From Casimicrobiaceae bacterium (lineage in GTDB: Bacteria; Pseudomonadota; Gammaproteobacteria; Burkholderiales; Casimicrobiaceae): a stretch of 64,000 bases of DNA. The notes beneath the pieces were generated by a model, which did no database searches, was not told the DNA's origin, and saw only the letters and a list, made by a program, of their open reading frames with translations. The position numbers and the translations under genes were made by a program. The stretch covers positions 3,367 to 67,366 of the forward strand of contig DASPTZ010000093.1 in assembly GCA_035623155.1 (NCBI GenBank), written 5' to 3'. Numbering within the stretch: the stretch's first letter is position 1; every line of letters begins with the position of its first letter. Of this stretch, positions 11,047-21,500 are shown piece after piece.

Positions 11047-11934
11047 ATGCGGCGAATGGACGAAGCTTCCACGCACGCATCATCGCAAGGCGGATCGCGA
11101 CGCGGTGCGCTGGCCTTGCTGCATTTTGCCGTGCTGCTGTTCGGCTTCGCCGGCGTCTTCGGCAAGTGGATCGCGCTGCCGTCGGCGACGATCGTTCTCG
11201 GGCGAACGAGCATTGCCGCTGTAGCGCTCGGCGTGATGCTGGCGCTCCGTCGGCCGTCCAGCGTTCGCTTAGAGTGGAGGCTCGCTGCCAACGGCGCTTT
11301 GCTCGCCGTTCACTGGGTCGCATTCTTCCAGGCGGTGCAGACTTCGAGCGTCGCGATCGGACTTCTCGGGTACGCGAGCTTTCCGCTCTTCGTCCTTCCC
11401 ATGGAGGCGCTGCTCCTCGGGCGGCGGCCACGAGCAAGCGAATGGGCTTGCGCGGTGATCGTGGCAGCGGGCCTCGCACTGCTCGTTCCCGAATTCGATC
11501 TCGACAATCGCGTTGTCCGAGGCGTTCTGTGGGGCGTGCTCTCCGGGTTCACCTTCGCACTGCTCGCGTTGGGCAACCGCTCGCTCGCGGCGCGGCGCGA
11601 CGCCCGCGAGATCGCCTTCTGGCAGAATGCTGCTGCCGCGGCTTGCCTGTTGCCGGCGCTGCTGGTAGACCCCGTGCTTCCAAGCGCGCGCGATCTGGCG
11701 GCGCTCGTTGTGCTCGGGCTCGCGTGCACTGCGCTCGCTCACACGCTTTTCATCCGCAGCCTGCGCGCGGTGTCGGCGCACGCCGCAAGCATCGTCGCCG
11801 CGCTGGAGCCGGTATACGGCATCGCCCTCGCGGCGTTGCTGCTGGGCGAATTTCCCGACGCGAGAACGCTCGTCGGTGCGGCCCTGATCGTCGGCGCGAC
11901 GCTGTGGGCGAGCGCGCGGGCGCGCCTGGCGTAG
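11047..11934 (+). CDS. EamA/DMT-family transporter
   Basis: Real part of ORF 9523-11934. ATG at 11047, with an alternative at 11056. About 10 hydrophobic segments and a duplicated EamA-like architecture. Confidence 0.75.
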   Translation: MRRMDEASTHASSQGGSRRGALALLHFAVLLFGFAGVFGKWIALPSATIVLGRTSIAAVALGVMLALRRPSSVRLEWRLAANGALLAVHWVAFFQAVQTSSVAIGLLGYASFPLFVLPMEALLLGRRPRASEWACAVIVAAGLALLVPEFDLDNRVVRGVLWGVLSGFTFALLALGNRSLAARRDAREIAFWQNAAAAACLLPALLVDPVLPSARDLAALVVLGLACTALAHTLFIRSLRAVSAHAASIVAALEPVYGIALAALLLGEFPDARTLVGAALIVGATLWASARARLA

Positions 11935-12007
11935 CGCTGGCGCACGCGCTTGTGTAGGATCGCAGCAGCGAGCCTCGCGCTTCGACATAACGTTACAGGC
12001 CAACAGC

Positions 12008-12496
12008 GTGATCGTCGTTCTCATGGGCGTGTCGGGCAGCGGCAAGACGACCCTCGGGCGTGCGCTGGCCGAGGAGCTTGGCTGGACTTTTCTCGACGCC
12101 GACGATTTCCACCCGCCGGCCAATGTCGCCAAGATGGCTGCAGGCGCCGCGTTGAGCGACGAGGACCGCTGGCCGTGGCTCGATCGCCTCGCCGACGAGT
12201 TGCGCACCCTGGATGGGCGCGGACGCCACGTCGTGCTTGCGTGCTCGGCGCTCAAGCAGGCGTATCGCGATCGTCTCAAGCGAGCGGGAGAGTTGCGCTG
12301 GGCCTATCTCAGGGGAGACGCCGCGACAATCGAGCCGCGTCTGGCGGCGCGGCGCGGCCACTACATGCCGGCCTCGCTGCTGGCCAGCCAGTTCGCGACG
12401 CTGGAGGAGCCCGCCGAGGCGATCGTCGTCGACATCCGCAAGAGCATCGCCGCGCAGGTCGCGCAGATCGCCGCGAGCCTCCGCTCAACGGTATGA
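12008..12496 (+). CDS. gntK: Gluconokinase
   Basis: 'VLMGVSGSGKTT' P-loop, 'FLDADDFHPPANVAKMAAGAALSDEDRWPWL' and 'ACSALKQAYRD' are collinear with GntK. Confidence 0.85.
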   Translation: MIVVLMGVSGSGKTTLGRALAEELGWTFLDADDFHPPANVAKMAAGAALSDEDRWPWLDRLADELRTLDGRGRHVVLACSALKQAYRDRLKRAGELRWAYLRGDAATIEPRLAARRGHYMPASLLASQFATLEEPAEAIVVDIRKSIAAQVAQIAASLRSTV

Positions 12497-13671
12497 GCGG
12501 CGAGAAGCCTCGCAAGCCGGCGACCGCGGTTGCTCACCTGGGTCGCGATCCCGCCAAGCACATCGGCACGGTCAACACGCCGGTGTATCGCGCGACGACG
12601 ATTCTGTTCGATACCGTTGCCGATCTCGAAGCGGCGGACCGCGGCGAATATCCGGGCTTGACTTACGGCTTGCACGGGCTGCCGACGGTCGCCGACCTGC
12701 AATCCGCGTACGCCGCGCTCGAGGGAGCGCACGCCGCGCTGGCCGTTCCTTCGGGGCTCGCGGCGATCACTCTGGCGCTGGTCGGTACCGTGCACACCGG
12801 AGACCACGTGCTGGTCACCGACTCGGTGTATGGGCCGACGCGTCGGTTTTGCGAGAACCAGCTCAAGCGGCTGGGCGTGGAGGTGAGCTACTACGATCCG
12901 TGCGCCGGCGAGGGGATCGAGCGCGAGCTGAAATCCAACACCAAGGTCGTGTTCACGGAGTCGCCGGGCTCGCTCACGTTCGAAGTGCAGGACATTCCGG
13001 CGATCGCCGGGGTCGCGCACCATCACGGCGCGCTGGTGCTCATGGACAACACCTGGGCCACTCCGCTGGGTTTCCAGGCTTTCGCCCACGGCGTCGACGT
13101 CTCGATTCACGCCGGGACCAAGTATCTGGGCGGCCATTCGGACGTGCTGATCGGCCTCATCAGCTGCAACGAGGCGACCTACCCGCGCCTTCACCGCCTG
13201 TGGACGGACATGGGTGTGGCCGCGTCCAGCGACGATTGCTTCCTCGCACTGCGCGGCTTGCGCACGCTTTCCGTTCGCCTGCAGCGGCACACCGAAAGCG
13301 CGCTGTCCATCGCCAACTGGCTCGAGGGACGGCCGGAGGTCGACGAGGTGATCTTTCCTGCGTTGCCCGGCGCCCGCGGTCACGCGCTGTGGAAGCGCGA
13401 CTTCACCGGCGCATGCGGACTCTTCGGAGTCGTCCTCAAGCCGGTCGCCAAAGCGCGGCTCGATGCGATGCTCAACGGCATGCGGCTGTTCAAGATGGGA
13501 TACAGCTGGGGAGGCTTCGAAAGCCTGATCCTGCCGGTTGATCCCGGGCGAACCCGCACCGCGACTTCGTGGCAGGCGGCCGGGCCGTACCTGCGCCTGC
13601 ACGTGGGTCTCGAGGACTGCGGCGACCTGATCGCCGATCTTGCCGACGGCCTTGCCCGCCTGCACGGCTAG
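12493..13671 (+). CDS. metC: Cystathionine beta-lyase (PLP-dependent)
   Basis: Start MSGEKP at 12493 (ATGA overlap with the gntK stop). 'ESPGSLTFEVQDIPAI', 'DNTWATPL' and 'SIHAGTKYLGGHSDVLIG' (PLP lysine). Confidence 0.85.
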   Translation: MSGEKPRKPATAVAHLGRDPAKHIGTVNTPVYRATTILFDTVADLEAADRGEYPGLTYGLHGLPTVADLQSAYAALEGAHAALAVPSGLAAITLALVGTVHTGDHVLVTDSVYGPTRRFCENQLKRLGVEVSYYDPCAGEGIERELKSNTKVVFTESPGSLTFEVQDIPAIAGVAHHHGALVLMDNTWATPLGFQAFAHGVDVSIHAGTKYLGGHSDVLIGLISCNEATYPRLHRLWTDMGVAASSDDCFLALRGLRTLSVRLQRHTESALSIANWLEGRPEVDEVIFPALPGARGHALWKRDFTGACGLFGVVLKPVAKARLDAMLNGMRLFKMGYSWGGFESLILPVDPGRTRTATSWQAAGPYLRLHVGLEDCGDLIADLADGLARLHG

Positions 13672-13698
13672 GCTGCGTCACCGGCACGTCGCTCGGGG

Positions 13699-14400
13699 TC
13701 AGATTCCCAGGTAGCGGGCCTTGGCATCGGCATCGCGCTCCAATTGCGCGAGCGTGCCTTCGAAGCGCAGGTGCCCTCCTTCGAGGACGCAGGCTCGGTC
13801 GGCGATCGCTTCGGCGAAGCGCAGGTTCTGCTCGCAAAGCAGCATCGACACGCCTTCGCCCTTGAGCCTGCGCAGGGCCGCTGACAATTGCTCGACCAGC
13901 ACCGGCGCTAAGCCCTCGCTCGGTTCGTCGAGTAGCAGCAGCAACGGGTTGCCCATCAGGGTACGCGCGATTGCCAGCATCTGCTGCTCGCCGCCGGAGA
14001 TGCGTCCGCCGGGGCGGTCGCGCAGCTCGCGCAGGTTCGGAAACAGCGCGTGCACGCGCTCTGGCGTCCACGCGGCACGATTGGATCGTGACGCGTGCCG
14101 CCCCACCTCCAGATTCTCGTTAACCGTCAGGTCGGCGAATATGCGGCGGGTGTCGGGCACGTAACCGACTCCGGCGCGCGCGATTCGATACGAAGGCCAG
14201 CGGTCGATGCGCGCGTCCGCGAAACGCACTTCCCCGCGCCACGCCGGCACCAGGCCGGCGATCGTCTTCAGAGTCGTCGACTTGCCGGCGCCGTTGCGCC
14301 CGAAGAGCACCAGCACCTCGCCGTCGCCGACCGAGAGCGAGATATCGAACAGGATCTGCGCGCGGCCGTAGCCCGCGCACACGGCGCGCAGCTCAAGCAT
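13699..14400 (-). CDS. livF: Branched-chain amino acid ABC transporter ATP-binding protein
   Basis: Walker A 'GRNGAGKST', signature 'ISGGEQQML' and Walker B 'LLLLDEPS'. Confidence 0.85.
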   Translation of the reverse strand: MLELRAVCAGYGRAQILFDISLSVGDGEVLVLFGRNGAGKSTTLKTIAGLVPAWRGEVRFADARIDRWPSYRIARAGVGYVPDTRRIFADLTVNENLEVGRHASRSNRAAWTPERVHALFPNLRELRDRPGGRISGGEQQMLAIARTLMGNPLLLLLDEPSEGLAPVLVEQLSAALRRLKGEGVSMLLCEQNLRFAEAIADRACVLEGGHLRFEGTLAQLERDADAKARYLGI

Positions 14401-15169
14401 CGCGCAACGTCCCCGGCTGGGTGGACGGGCCGAGATACACCCGGCGCACGTGAGGATCGGTGCGCACTGCTGCGGGCGGCCCCGCCGAAATGAGCCGGCC
14501 GCGATTGAGCACCAGCACCCGGTCGGCGTGCGCGAAAACGACGTCCATGTCGTGCTCGGTGAACAGCAGCGCGACCTCGCCGGTCGCGGCCAGCTCGACG
14601 ACCAGCCGCATCAGGCTCGCCCGCTCGGCGGGCGCCAGTCCGGCCGTGGGCTCGTCCATGAGCAGCAGGCGCGGGCGGCAGGCAAGCGCAATGGCAAGCT
14701 CCACGCGCTTGAGATCGCCGTAGGCCAGGGTCGCGCAGGATCGCTCCGCCAGCGACGCGATGCCGGTGCGCTCGAGCACGGCGCTCGCCTCGCGTGTATC
14801 GAGCGCGCGCGAGCCGGCGAGGGGTGAACGCAGCCCGTTGCGGCGGGCGGCCAGGGCAAGCTGCACGTTCTCCCGCACCGTCATCGATGCGAAGGTCGCA
14901 GGAACCTGGAAGGTGCGGCCAACACCGCGACGCGCGATCACCTGCGGCTCGAGACCGGTGATCGGCGCGGCTTCGAACAGCACAGTCCCCGAGTCGGCCG
15001 CGAGCTGGCCGTTGAGAACGTTGAACAGCGTGGTCTTGCCCGCTCCGTTGGGGCCGATCACCGCGACCTTCTCGCCGGCGTGTACCGAGAAGCTCAACTC
15101 GCGCAGCGCGTGCACGCCTCCGTAGGATTTGGAGAGGCGGTCGACGAGAAGCACCGGGGACGGCTTCAT
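14393..15169 (-). CDS. livG: Branched-chain amino acid ABC transporter ATP-binding protein
   Basis: Start MKPSPV at 15169 (ATGA overlap). 'GPNGAGKTT', 'LAYGDLKRVELA' and 'LLLMDEPTAGL'. 8-nt overlap with livF. Confidence 0.85.
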   Translation of the reverse strand: MKPSPVLLVDRLSKSYGGVHALRELSFSVHAGEKVAVIGPNGAGKTTLFNVLNGQLAADSGTVLFEAAPITGLEPQVIARRGVGRTFQVPATFASMTVRENVQLALAARRNGLRSPLAGSRALDTREASAVLERTGIASLAERSCATLAYGDLKRVELAIALACRPRLLLMDEPTAGLAPAERASLMRLVVELAATGEVALLFTEHDMDVVFAHADRVLVLNRGRLISAGPPAAVRTDPHVRRVYLGPSTQPGTLRDA

Positions 15170-17040
15170 GCTCGGTCGCCCCGCAGCCCGGCAGCGCGCC
15201 TGAACATGCCGGCGAGCCCGGTCGGAAAGAAGACCACCAGCGCGATCACTGCCGCGCCGAGCATGGCGCGCCAGTACTCGGAGTGACGGATGATCGTATC
15301 TTGCAGCGCGGTTAGAGCCGCCGCGCCCACGACCGGGCCGATCAGCGTCTGCAATCCGCCGAGCAGGACCATCACCAGAGCGTCGATCGAGCGCGGAATC
15401 GACAGCGCCTCCGGGGAAATGCTGCCCTTGGAGAACGCGTAGAGGGCTCCCGCGACTCCGGCGAAGAGCCCGGCGATGCTGAAGCCCGCCCACCGCACCG
15501 AGCGCGGGTCGATGCCGATAGCTGCCGCGCGCAAGGCGGAATCGCGGGAGGCGCGCAATGCGTAGCCGAAGGGCGAGTAGATCATTCGCCACAGCACGGC
15601 GATCGCCGCCCCGCTCACCGCAAGCGTGAGCAAGTAGTACGCGCTGCGGCTCGAAAGCCACATCGCCGGCCACACGCCGGTCAGGCCGTTGCTGCCGCCG
15701 GTCACCGCGTCCCACTCGTAGGCGATCGACCAGGTGATCTGCGCGAATGCCAGCGTCAGCATGGCCAGGTAGACGCCCGAAAGGCGCACGCAGAACCATC
15801 CGTAGACGATCGCCGCGACGCCCGCGAACAACGGAGCGGCGATCAACGCAAGCTCCATCGGCGCGCCTCGCGCAAGCAGAGCGGAAGCGTACGCGGCCAG
15901 TCCGAAATAGGCAGCGTGGCCGAAGGAGGCCATGCCGCCCGGGCCCATCATGAAGTGCAGGCTCGCCGCGAACAAGGCGAAGACGCAGATGTCGGCGAGC
16001 AACACCAGGCTATATTCGTCGGCGACGAGCGGCAGCGCCGCCAGCAAAACGAAGACGCCGGCGGCGATGAGAACGAAGCGGGGCCCAGGAGGCTTGAGCA
16101 GCTCTCGTTGCTCGGACGGCGGCGGAGCTGCGGGCGGGCGTCCGAACAATCCCCACGGGCGCACCGCGAGCACGATCGCCATCACGATGAATTCCGCGAC
16201 CAGCGTGAGCTTAGGGAAGGAGAATGCGATGCCGAAGGCGCGGACCTCGCCGATCGCGACACACAGCGCCTTGGCGATGCCGATGATCAATGCCGCAACG
16301 AACGCTCCCGGGATGCTGCCCAGGCCGCCGACGACGGTGACGACGAAGACCTCGGCGATGACCGACAGGTCGATGTTCAGATTCGCTGGTTCGCGCGGCA
16401 ATTGAAGCGCGCCTGCAAGCCCGGCGAGCAACGCCCCGAGAAAGAACACTCCCGAGAAGAGCCATGTCTGGTTCACTCCCAACAAGGCCGTCATCTCGCG
16501 GTCCTCGCTCGCTGCGCGCACCAGGACGCCCCAGCGCGTTCGCCTGAGCAGCCAGGTGAGCAGCACCAGCACCAGCGGCCCCAAGGCGATGAGCAACAGA
16601 TCGTACTCGGGGATGGCGCGGCCCAGGATGTCGATCGACCCGCGGAACCCGGGTGCGCGCGGCCCGAGCAGGTCCTCGGGGCCCCATCCGGCCAGCACGG
16701 CATCCTTGACGATGAGCACCACGCCAAAGGTGGCGGTGAGCTGCAGCAGTTCGGGCGCGGCGTAGAGCCGCCGCAGCAGCAGGCGCTCGATCAGCACGCC
16801 GATGCCGGCGACCGCGAGCCCTGCGAGGAGCACGGCTGCCCAATAACCTGCGGCGCCGCCACCGAGGCGAGCGATCAGGCTGTGGGCGAGGTACGCCCCC
16901 AGCATCATCAGCGAGCCGTGCGCGAAGTTGACGATGCGCGTGACGCCGAAGATCAGCGACAGGCCGGCCGCGACCAGGAACAGCGACGACGCGCCGGCCA
17001 GGCCGTTGAGCAGCTGGATGAGGAGGGCGGACAGAGTCAC
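15166..17040 (-). CDS. Fused LivH-LivM type branched-chain amino acid ABC permease
   Basis: 624-aa polytopic protein. The N-terminal half is LivH-like and the C-terminal half LivM-like. Confidence 0.8.
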   Translation of the reverse strand: MTLSALLIQLLNGLAGASSLFLVAAGLSLIFGVTRIVNFAHGSLMMLGAYLAHSLIARLGGGAAGYWAAVLLAGLAVAGIGVLIERLLLRRLYAAPELLQLTATFGVVLIVKDAVLAGWGPEDLLGPRAPGFRGSIDILGRAIPEYDLLLIALGPLVLVLLTWLLRRTRWGVLVRAASEDREMTALLGVNQTWLFSGVFFLGALLAGLAGALQLPREPANLNIDLSVIAEVFVVTVVGGLGSIPGAFVAALIIGIAKALCVAIGEVRAFGIAFSFPKLTLVAEFIVMAIVLAVRPWGLFGRPPAAPPPSEQRELLKPPGPRFVLIAAGVFVLLAALPLVADEYSLVLLADICVFALFAASLHFMMGPGGMASFGHAAYFGLAAYASALLARGAPMELALIAAPLFAGVAAIVYGWFCVRLSGVYLAMLTLAFAQITWSIAYEWDAVTGGSNGLTGVWPAMWLSSRSAYYLLTLAVSGAAIAVLWRMIYSPFGYALRASRDSALRAAAIGIDPRSVRWAGFSIAGLFAGVAGALYAFSKGSISPEALSIPRSIDALVMVLLGGLQTLIGPVVGAAALTALQDTIIRHSEYWRAMLGAAVIALVVFFPTGLAGMFRRAAGLRGDRA

Positions 17041-17167
17041 GTCGGCGATGAACGCGACGAGCGACTACTACATTGGATGGAAATCCCTTGACCCCTTGAG
17101 GGGCGGAGTCTAGCAGGCTCGATGCGGGTGACGCGTGCCGTGGCTGCCTGAACGGCCCACAGAGGCG

Positions 17168-18358
17168 TCAATCCGCGGGCCGGTGGGCGCGCACCCAGTC
17201 GTCGGAGGGGAGGTAATCTGCGCCGTTGGCGTACTTCCACTCCACCATCCCGCCCTTGCCTTCCTTCACCGCAATGCGCCCGACGTAGGCGCCCATGGTC
17301 GACTGGTGGTCGAGGGCGCGAAAGCTGACCGGGCCGAAGGGCGTGTCGACGACGAGCCCCTGCATGGCGGCGATGAGCTTGTCGGTGTCGGTCGAACGGG
17401 CCCTGCGAATCGCAGCGGCGGCGGTCATGACGATGCTGTAGCCGACGACGGATCCCTGGCGCGGGTAGTCCTGATACTTCGCGCGATAGGCGTCGAGAAA
17501 ACGCTGGTGCTCGGGGGTGGCGATGGCTGACCAGGGATAGCCCGTGACGTACCATCCCGCGGGCGCCTCGGCCTTCAAAGGGTCCAGATATTCCGGCTCG
17601 CCACCGAGCAAATTGAACACGGGTCGATCGCGAAACAGGCCACGCAGTTCACCCTCGCGCACGAACTTAGCGAGATCGGCCGCGAACAGCGAGGAGAAAA
17701 TCGCGTCGGGTCGAGCCTCCGCCATCGCCTGCACCACGGGACCTGCGTCGAGCTTGCCTAGCGGAACCGGAAATTCGACGAACTCGATCGCCGAGGGCTG
17801 CAGCGCAATCATCTGCTGCTTGAACGCCGCCGTCGCCGACTTCCCGTACTCGTAGTCGGGGTAGACGATGGCCCAGCGGCGCTTGCCGAGCCTCGCCGCG
17901 TCGGGAACGAGCATCGCCGTCTGCATGTACGTCGACGGGCGCAGGCGAAAGGTGTACCGGTTTCCGTTCTCCCACACGATCTTGTCGGTGAGCGGTTCGG
18001 AGGCGAGAAACAGGAACCGGCGCTGCTTGGCAAAGTCGGCGACGGCGAGCCCGACGGCCGACGAAAAGGTTCCCATCAGCACGTGGACCTTCTCTCGGGC
18101 GATCAGCTCCTCGGCGGCGCGCACCGCGTCGCCAGCATTGCCATTGTCGTCACGCACGATGAGCTCGACGGGGCGCCCGAGCAGACCACCCGCGCGGTTG
18201 ATCTCCTCGACCGCGAGCTCCATGCCCCTCTTGTAGGGCTCCAGGAACGCCGGAAAGGTCTTGTAGCTGTTTAGCTCGCCGAGCTTGATGGATTGCGCGG
18301 CGGCCGGCAGCGCCAGTATGGCGGCGGTGAAGATCGAGACTGTGAGGCGTCGAAGCAT
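17168..18358 (-). CDS. Periplasmic amino acid (Leu/Ile/Val-type) ABC substrate-binding protein
   Basis: Start MLRRLTVSIFTAAILALPAAAQ (signal peptide) at 18358. 'ELIVRDDNGNAGDAVRAAEELI' is typical of the LivK/amide-binding family. Confidence 0.8.
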   Translation of the reverse strand: MLRRLTVSIFTAAILALPAAAQSIKLGELNSYKTFPAFLEPYKRGMELAVEEINRAGGLLGRPVELIVRDDNGNAGDAVRAAEELIAREKVHVLMGTFSSAVGLAVADFAKQRRFLFLASEPLTDKIVWENGNRYTFRLRPSTYMQTAMLVPDAARLGKRRWAIVYPDYEYGKSATAAFKQQMIALQPSAIEFVEFPVPLGKLDAGPVVQAMAEARPDAIFSSLFAADLAKFVREGELRGLFRDRPVFNLLGGEPEYLDPLKAEAPAGWYVTGYPWSAIATPEHQRFLDAYRAKYQDYPRQGSVVGYSIVMTAAAAIRRARSTDTDKLIAAMQGLVVDTPFGPVSFRALDHQSTMGAYVGRIAVKEGKGGMVEWKYANGADYLPSDDWVRAHRPAD

Positions 18359-18569
18359 CGTTTTTCCGCGGTTGTCGCGCCGGTGCCGGCCGCGCTTGAA
18401 TGGGGATGATAGCTGCCGCGCGCGTTCGAGGGAACCGGAGCCGCGCTGCCACCGGTTGCTTCTATGCTTATGCTCTCGGAAGAGCCTGACGCGAGGAACC
18501 CGCGACCGGTAAAATATACGATTTGTCTGCCATGCGATCGCCTGTGCATCCGCAGGCGAATCACGGAAT

Positions 18570-21500
18570 GTGCTGATGCTGAACCCGCAATCGGGCCTGA
18601 GCTTCGCGGATCTGTACTCCGTCACCGGTCTGGCCCGCATCGACGCCGCATTCAAGGCGCACCTCGCCGACGCCGATCGTGAGCTGTGCGCGCGCTTCGA
18701 CGCCGCGCGCGCCGAACCGACTTCGCTCGACCGGCTGGGCGAATCAGAGCTGCTGGTCGCGCTCGCGCCCCACCTTGAGGACTTCCTCGCCCGCTTGTTC
18801 GCGATCGAATCGCAGGTCGCCGCCCTGCAGGCAGCGCAGCATGAGCTGGCGCCGCTTTTCGCGTGCAAGCGGCAGGTCGTCCAGCGCAAGGCGCTCAACC
18901 GCTACAAAGCCGATGTTGCTGCCGGCTTCGACGGCGCCGCATTGCGCGCCCAACTCGAGGCGAAGCTGGGCGTTCCACTGCAGGGAATCCCCGGCGAGCT
19001 GGCCTTTGCACGGCGAGTCGGCGAATGGGGACGCGACGAGGAGGTCCACGCGGCAGAGATCGACCTCGCGTTGCGCTATGCGGCGTGGGCCACGCAGACA
19101 TCCGAGGGCAAGGCCCTGCACAAGTCGGGAGTGCTGTTCAAGGCGCCGCGCAAGCTCGACTTCCTGCGCCTGATCCCGGTGGAGCACGAGCGGCGGCACG
19201 GCCTCGATATGTGGCGCCTTCCGGCAACCCACTTGCGTCGCCGCGAAGGCTTTGCGCTCACCGACGCGGGCACCGACCTGGCTGGCGGCCTCGATCAGGC
19301 CCACTACTGCATCTGGTGCCACGAGCAGCAGAAGGATTCCTGCAGCTCCGGCATGCGCGAGAAGAAGCCCGCCGACGGCTCCGCGGCGCCGTTCAAGAAG
19401 TCGCCCTTCGGAGAGCCCCTCACTGGGTGCCCGCTGGAGGAAAAGATCTCCGAGTTCAACAAGCTCCGTGCCGACGGCCTCGCGCTGGGGGCGCTGGCGA
19501 TGATCTGCGTGGACAACCCCCTGGTCGCAGCGACCGGGCACCGCATCTGCAACGACTGCATGAAGGCCTGCATCTATCAGAAGCAGGATCCGGTGGACAT
19601 CCCGCAGTCGGAAACGCGGGTGCTCAAGGACGTGCTGGAGCTGCCCTGGGGGTTCGAGATCTATTCTCTGCTCACGCGTTGGAATCCGCTGAACCTGCGC
19701 CGACCCCTGCCGCTCGCGCCGACGGGCAAGCGCGTTCTGGTGGTCGGCATGGGGCCTGCGGGCTTCACGCTAGCGCATCACCTGCTCAACGACGGGCACA
19801 CCGTCGTCGGCGTCGACGGCCTCAAGATCGAGCCGCTCGCCCCTTCGCTATCCGGAGTCACTGCAGGCGGCGAGCGCGTCGCCTTCGCTCCGGTGCGCGA
19901 TATCGCCGTCCTCCGCGAGAGTCTCGACGACCGGGTGATGGCGGGCTTCGGCGGCGTTGCCGAGTACGGCATCACGGTTCGCTGGGACAAGAATTTCCTG
20001 AAACTCATCCGCCTGTTATTGGAGCGGCGCGAACGCTTCGCGCTTTTCGGCGGCGTGCGCTTCGGCGGCACGCTCGATGTCTCCGGCGCATTCGCGCTGG
20101 GCTTCGACCACATCGCGCTGTGCGCGGGTGCAGGCAAGCCCACAGTGCTCGACCTTCCCAACGGGCTCGCCAACGGCGTGCGCACCGCGTCGGATTTCCT
20201 CATGGCGCTGCAGCTTACCGGCGCCGCCAAGCGCGATTCCCTGGCGAACATGCAGCTGCGGCTGCCGGTAGTCGTCGTGGGAGGAGGACTGACCGCCATC
20301 GACACCGCGACCGAGTCTCTCGCCTACTACCCGGTGCAGGTCGAGAAATTCCTGTCGCGCCACGAGAAGCTCCAGAGCGAAGGCGACGGCCGGGCGGTCG
20401 AGGAGGCGTGGACGCCCGATGAGCGGGAAATCGCCTTGGAGTATCTCGCGCACGCCAGGGCGATACGCGCGGAGCGAGAAGCGGCCCAGCGCGAAGGCAG
20501 GGCGGCGCACATCTTCGAGCTGCTCGACGCCTGGGGGGGAGCGACCATTGCCTATCGACGCCGGTTGATCGACAGCCCTTCGTACACGCTGAATCACGAG
20601 GAGGTCGAGAAAGCCCTGCAGGAAGGCATCCGCTTCGCCGAGGGCCTGACCCCCGTTGCGGTGGAAACCGATGCGAGCGGCCGCGCCAGCGCGCTGCTCG
20701 CATCGGTGCAACACAACGACGGCGACGGCGTCTGGCACGAGACCGGGCACGCCCGTCTGCCCGCTCGCACCATTCTCATCGCCGCCGGTACGCAGCCGAA
20801 CACCATCGCCGCCCGCGAGGACCCGCTGCACTTCAAGCTCGACGGTCGCTACTTCCGCGCCCTTGACGAAGTGGGGCAGCCCGTCAGGCCGGAAAAGGGG
20901 CTCGCCAAGCCGCAGACGGTGCACGTGCTGACCGCGCTCGAGCCCGACGGCCGTGCGGTGAGCTTCTTCGGCGATCTCCATCCGTCGTTCTCGGGCAACG
21001 TGGTCAAGGCGATGGCGAGCGCGACTCTCGGCTATCGCGTCGTCAGCCGGATGCTCGGCCGCGTGGGAGCTTCATCTCCGCTTTCCGATGAAGCGTTTCT
21101 CGCCGCCCTCGACGATCAGCTGCGCCCGCGCGTCGAGCGCATCGAACGCCTGACGCCGACCATCATCGAGGTCGTGGTGCGCGCCCCTGCGGCGGCGCGG
21201 CGTTTCGCTCCGGGACAGTTCTACCGCCTGCAGAACTTCGAAACGCTCTCGGCCAAACTCAACGGCACGCGTCTGGCGATGGAGGGACTCGCGCTCACCG
21301 GCGCGTGGGTCGATCGCGAGCGAGGCCTGGTGTCGACGATCGTGCTCGAGATGGGCGGGTCCTCGAACCTCTGCGCTCGGCTGAAGCCGGGCGAACCGGT
21401 CGTACTGATGGGTCCGACGGGGACGCCGAGTGAAATCGGAGCGCGCGAGACGGTAATCCTCGCCGGCGGCGGGCTGGGCAACGCGGTGCTGTTCTCGATC

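Noticed and set aside
15166-17040. LivH-LivM permease fusion (624 aa).
   Set aside because: Fused branched-chain amino acid permeases are a known arrangement, so this is not novel.
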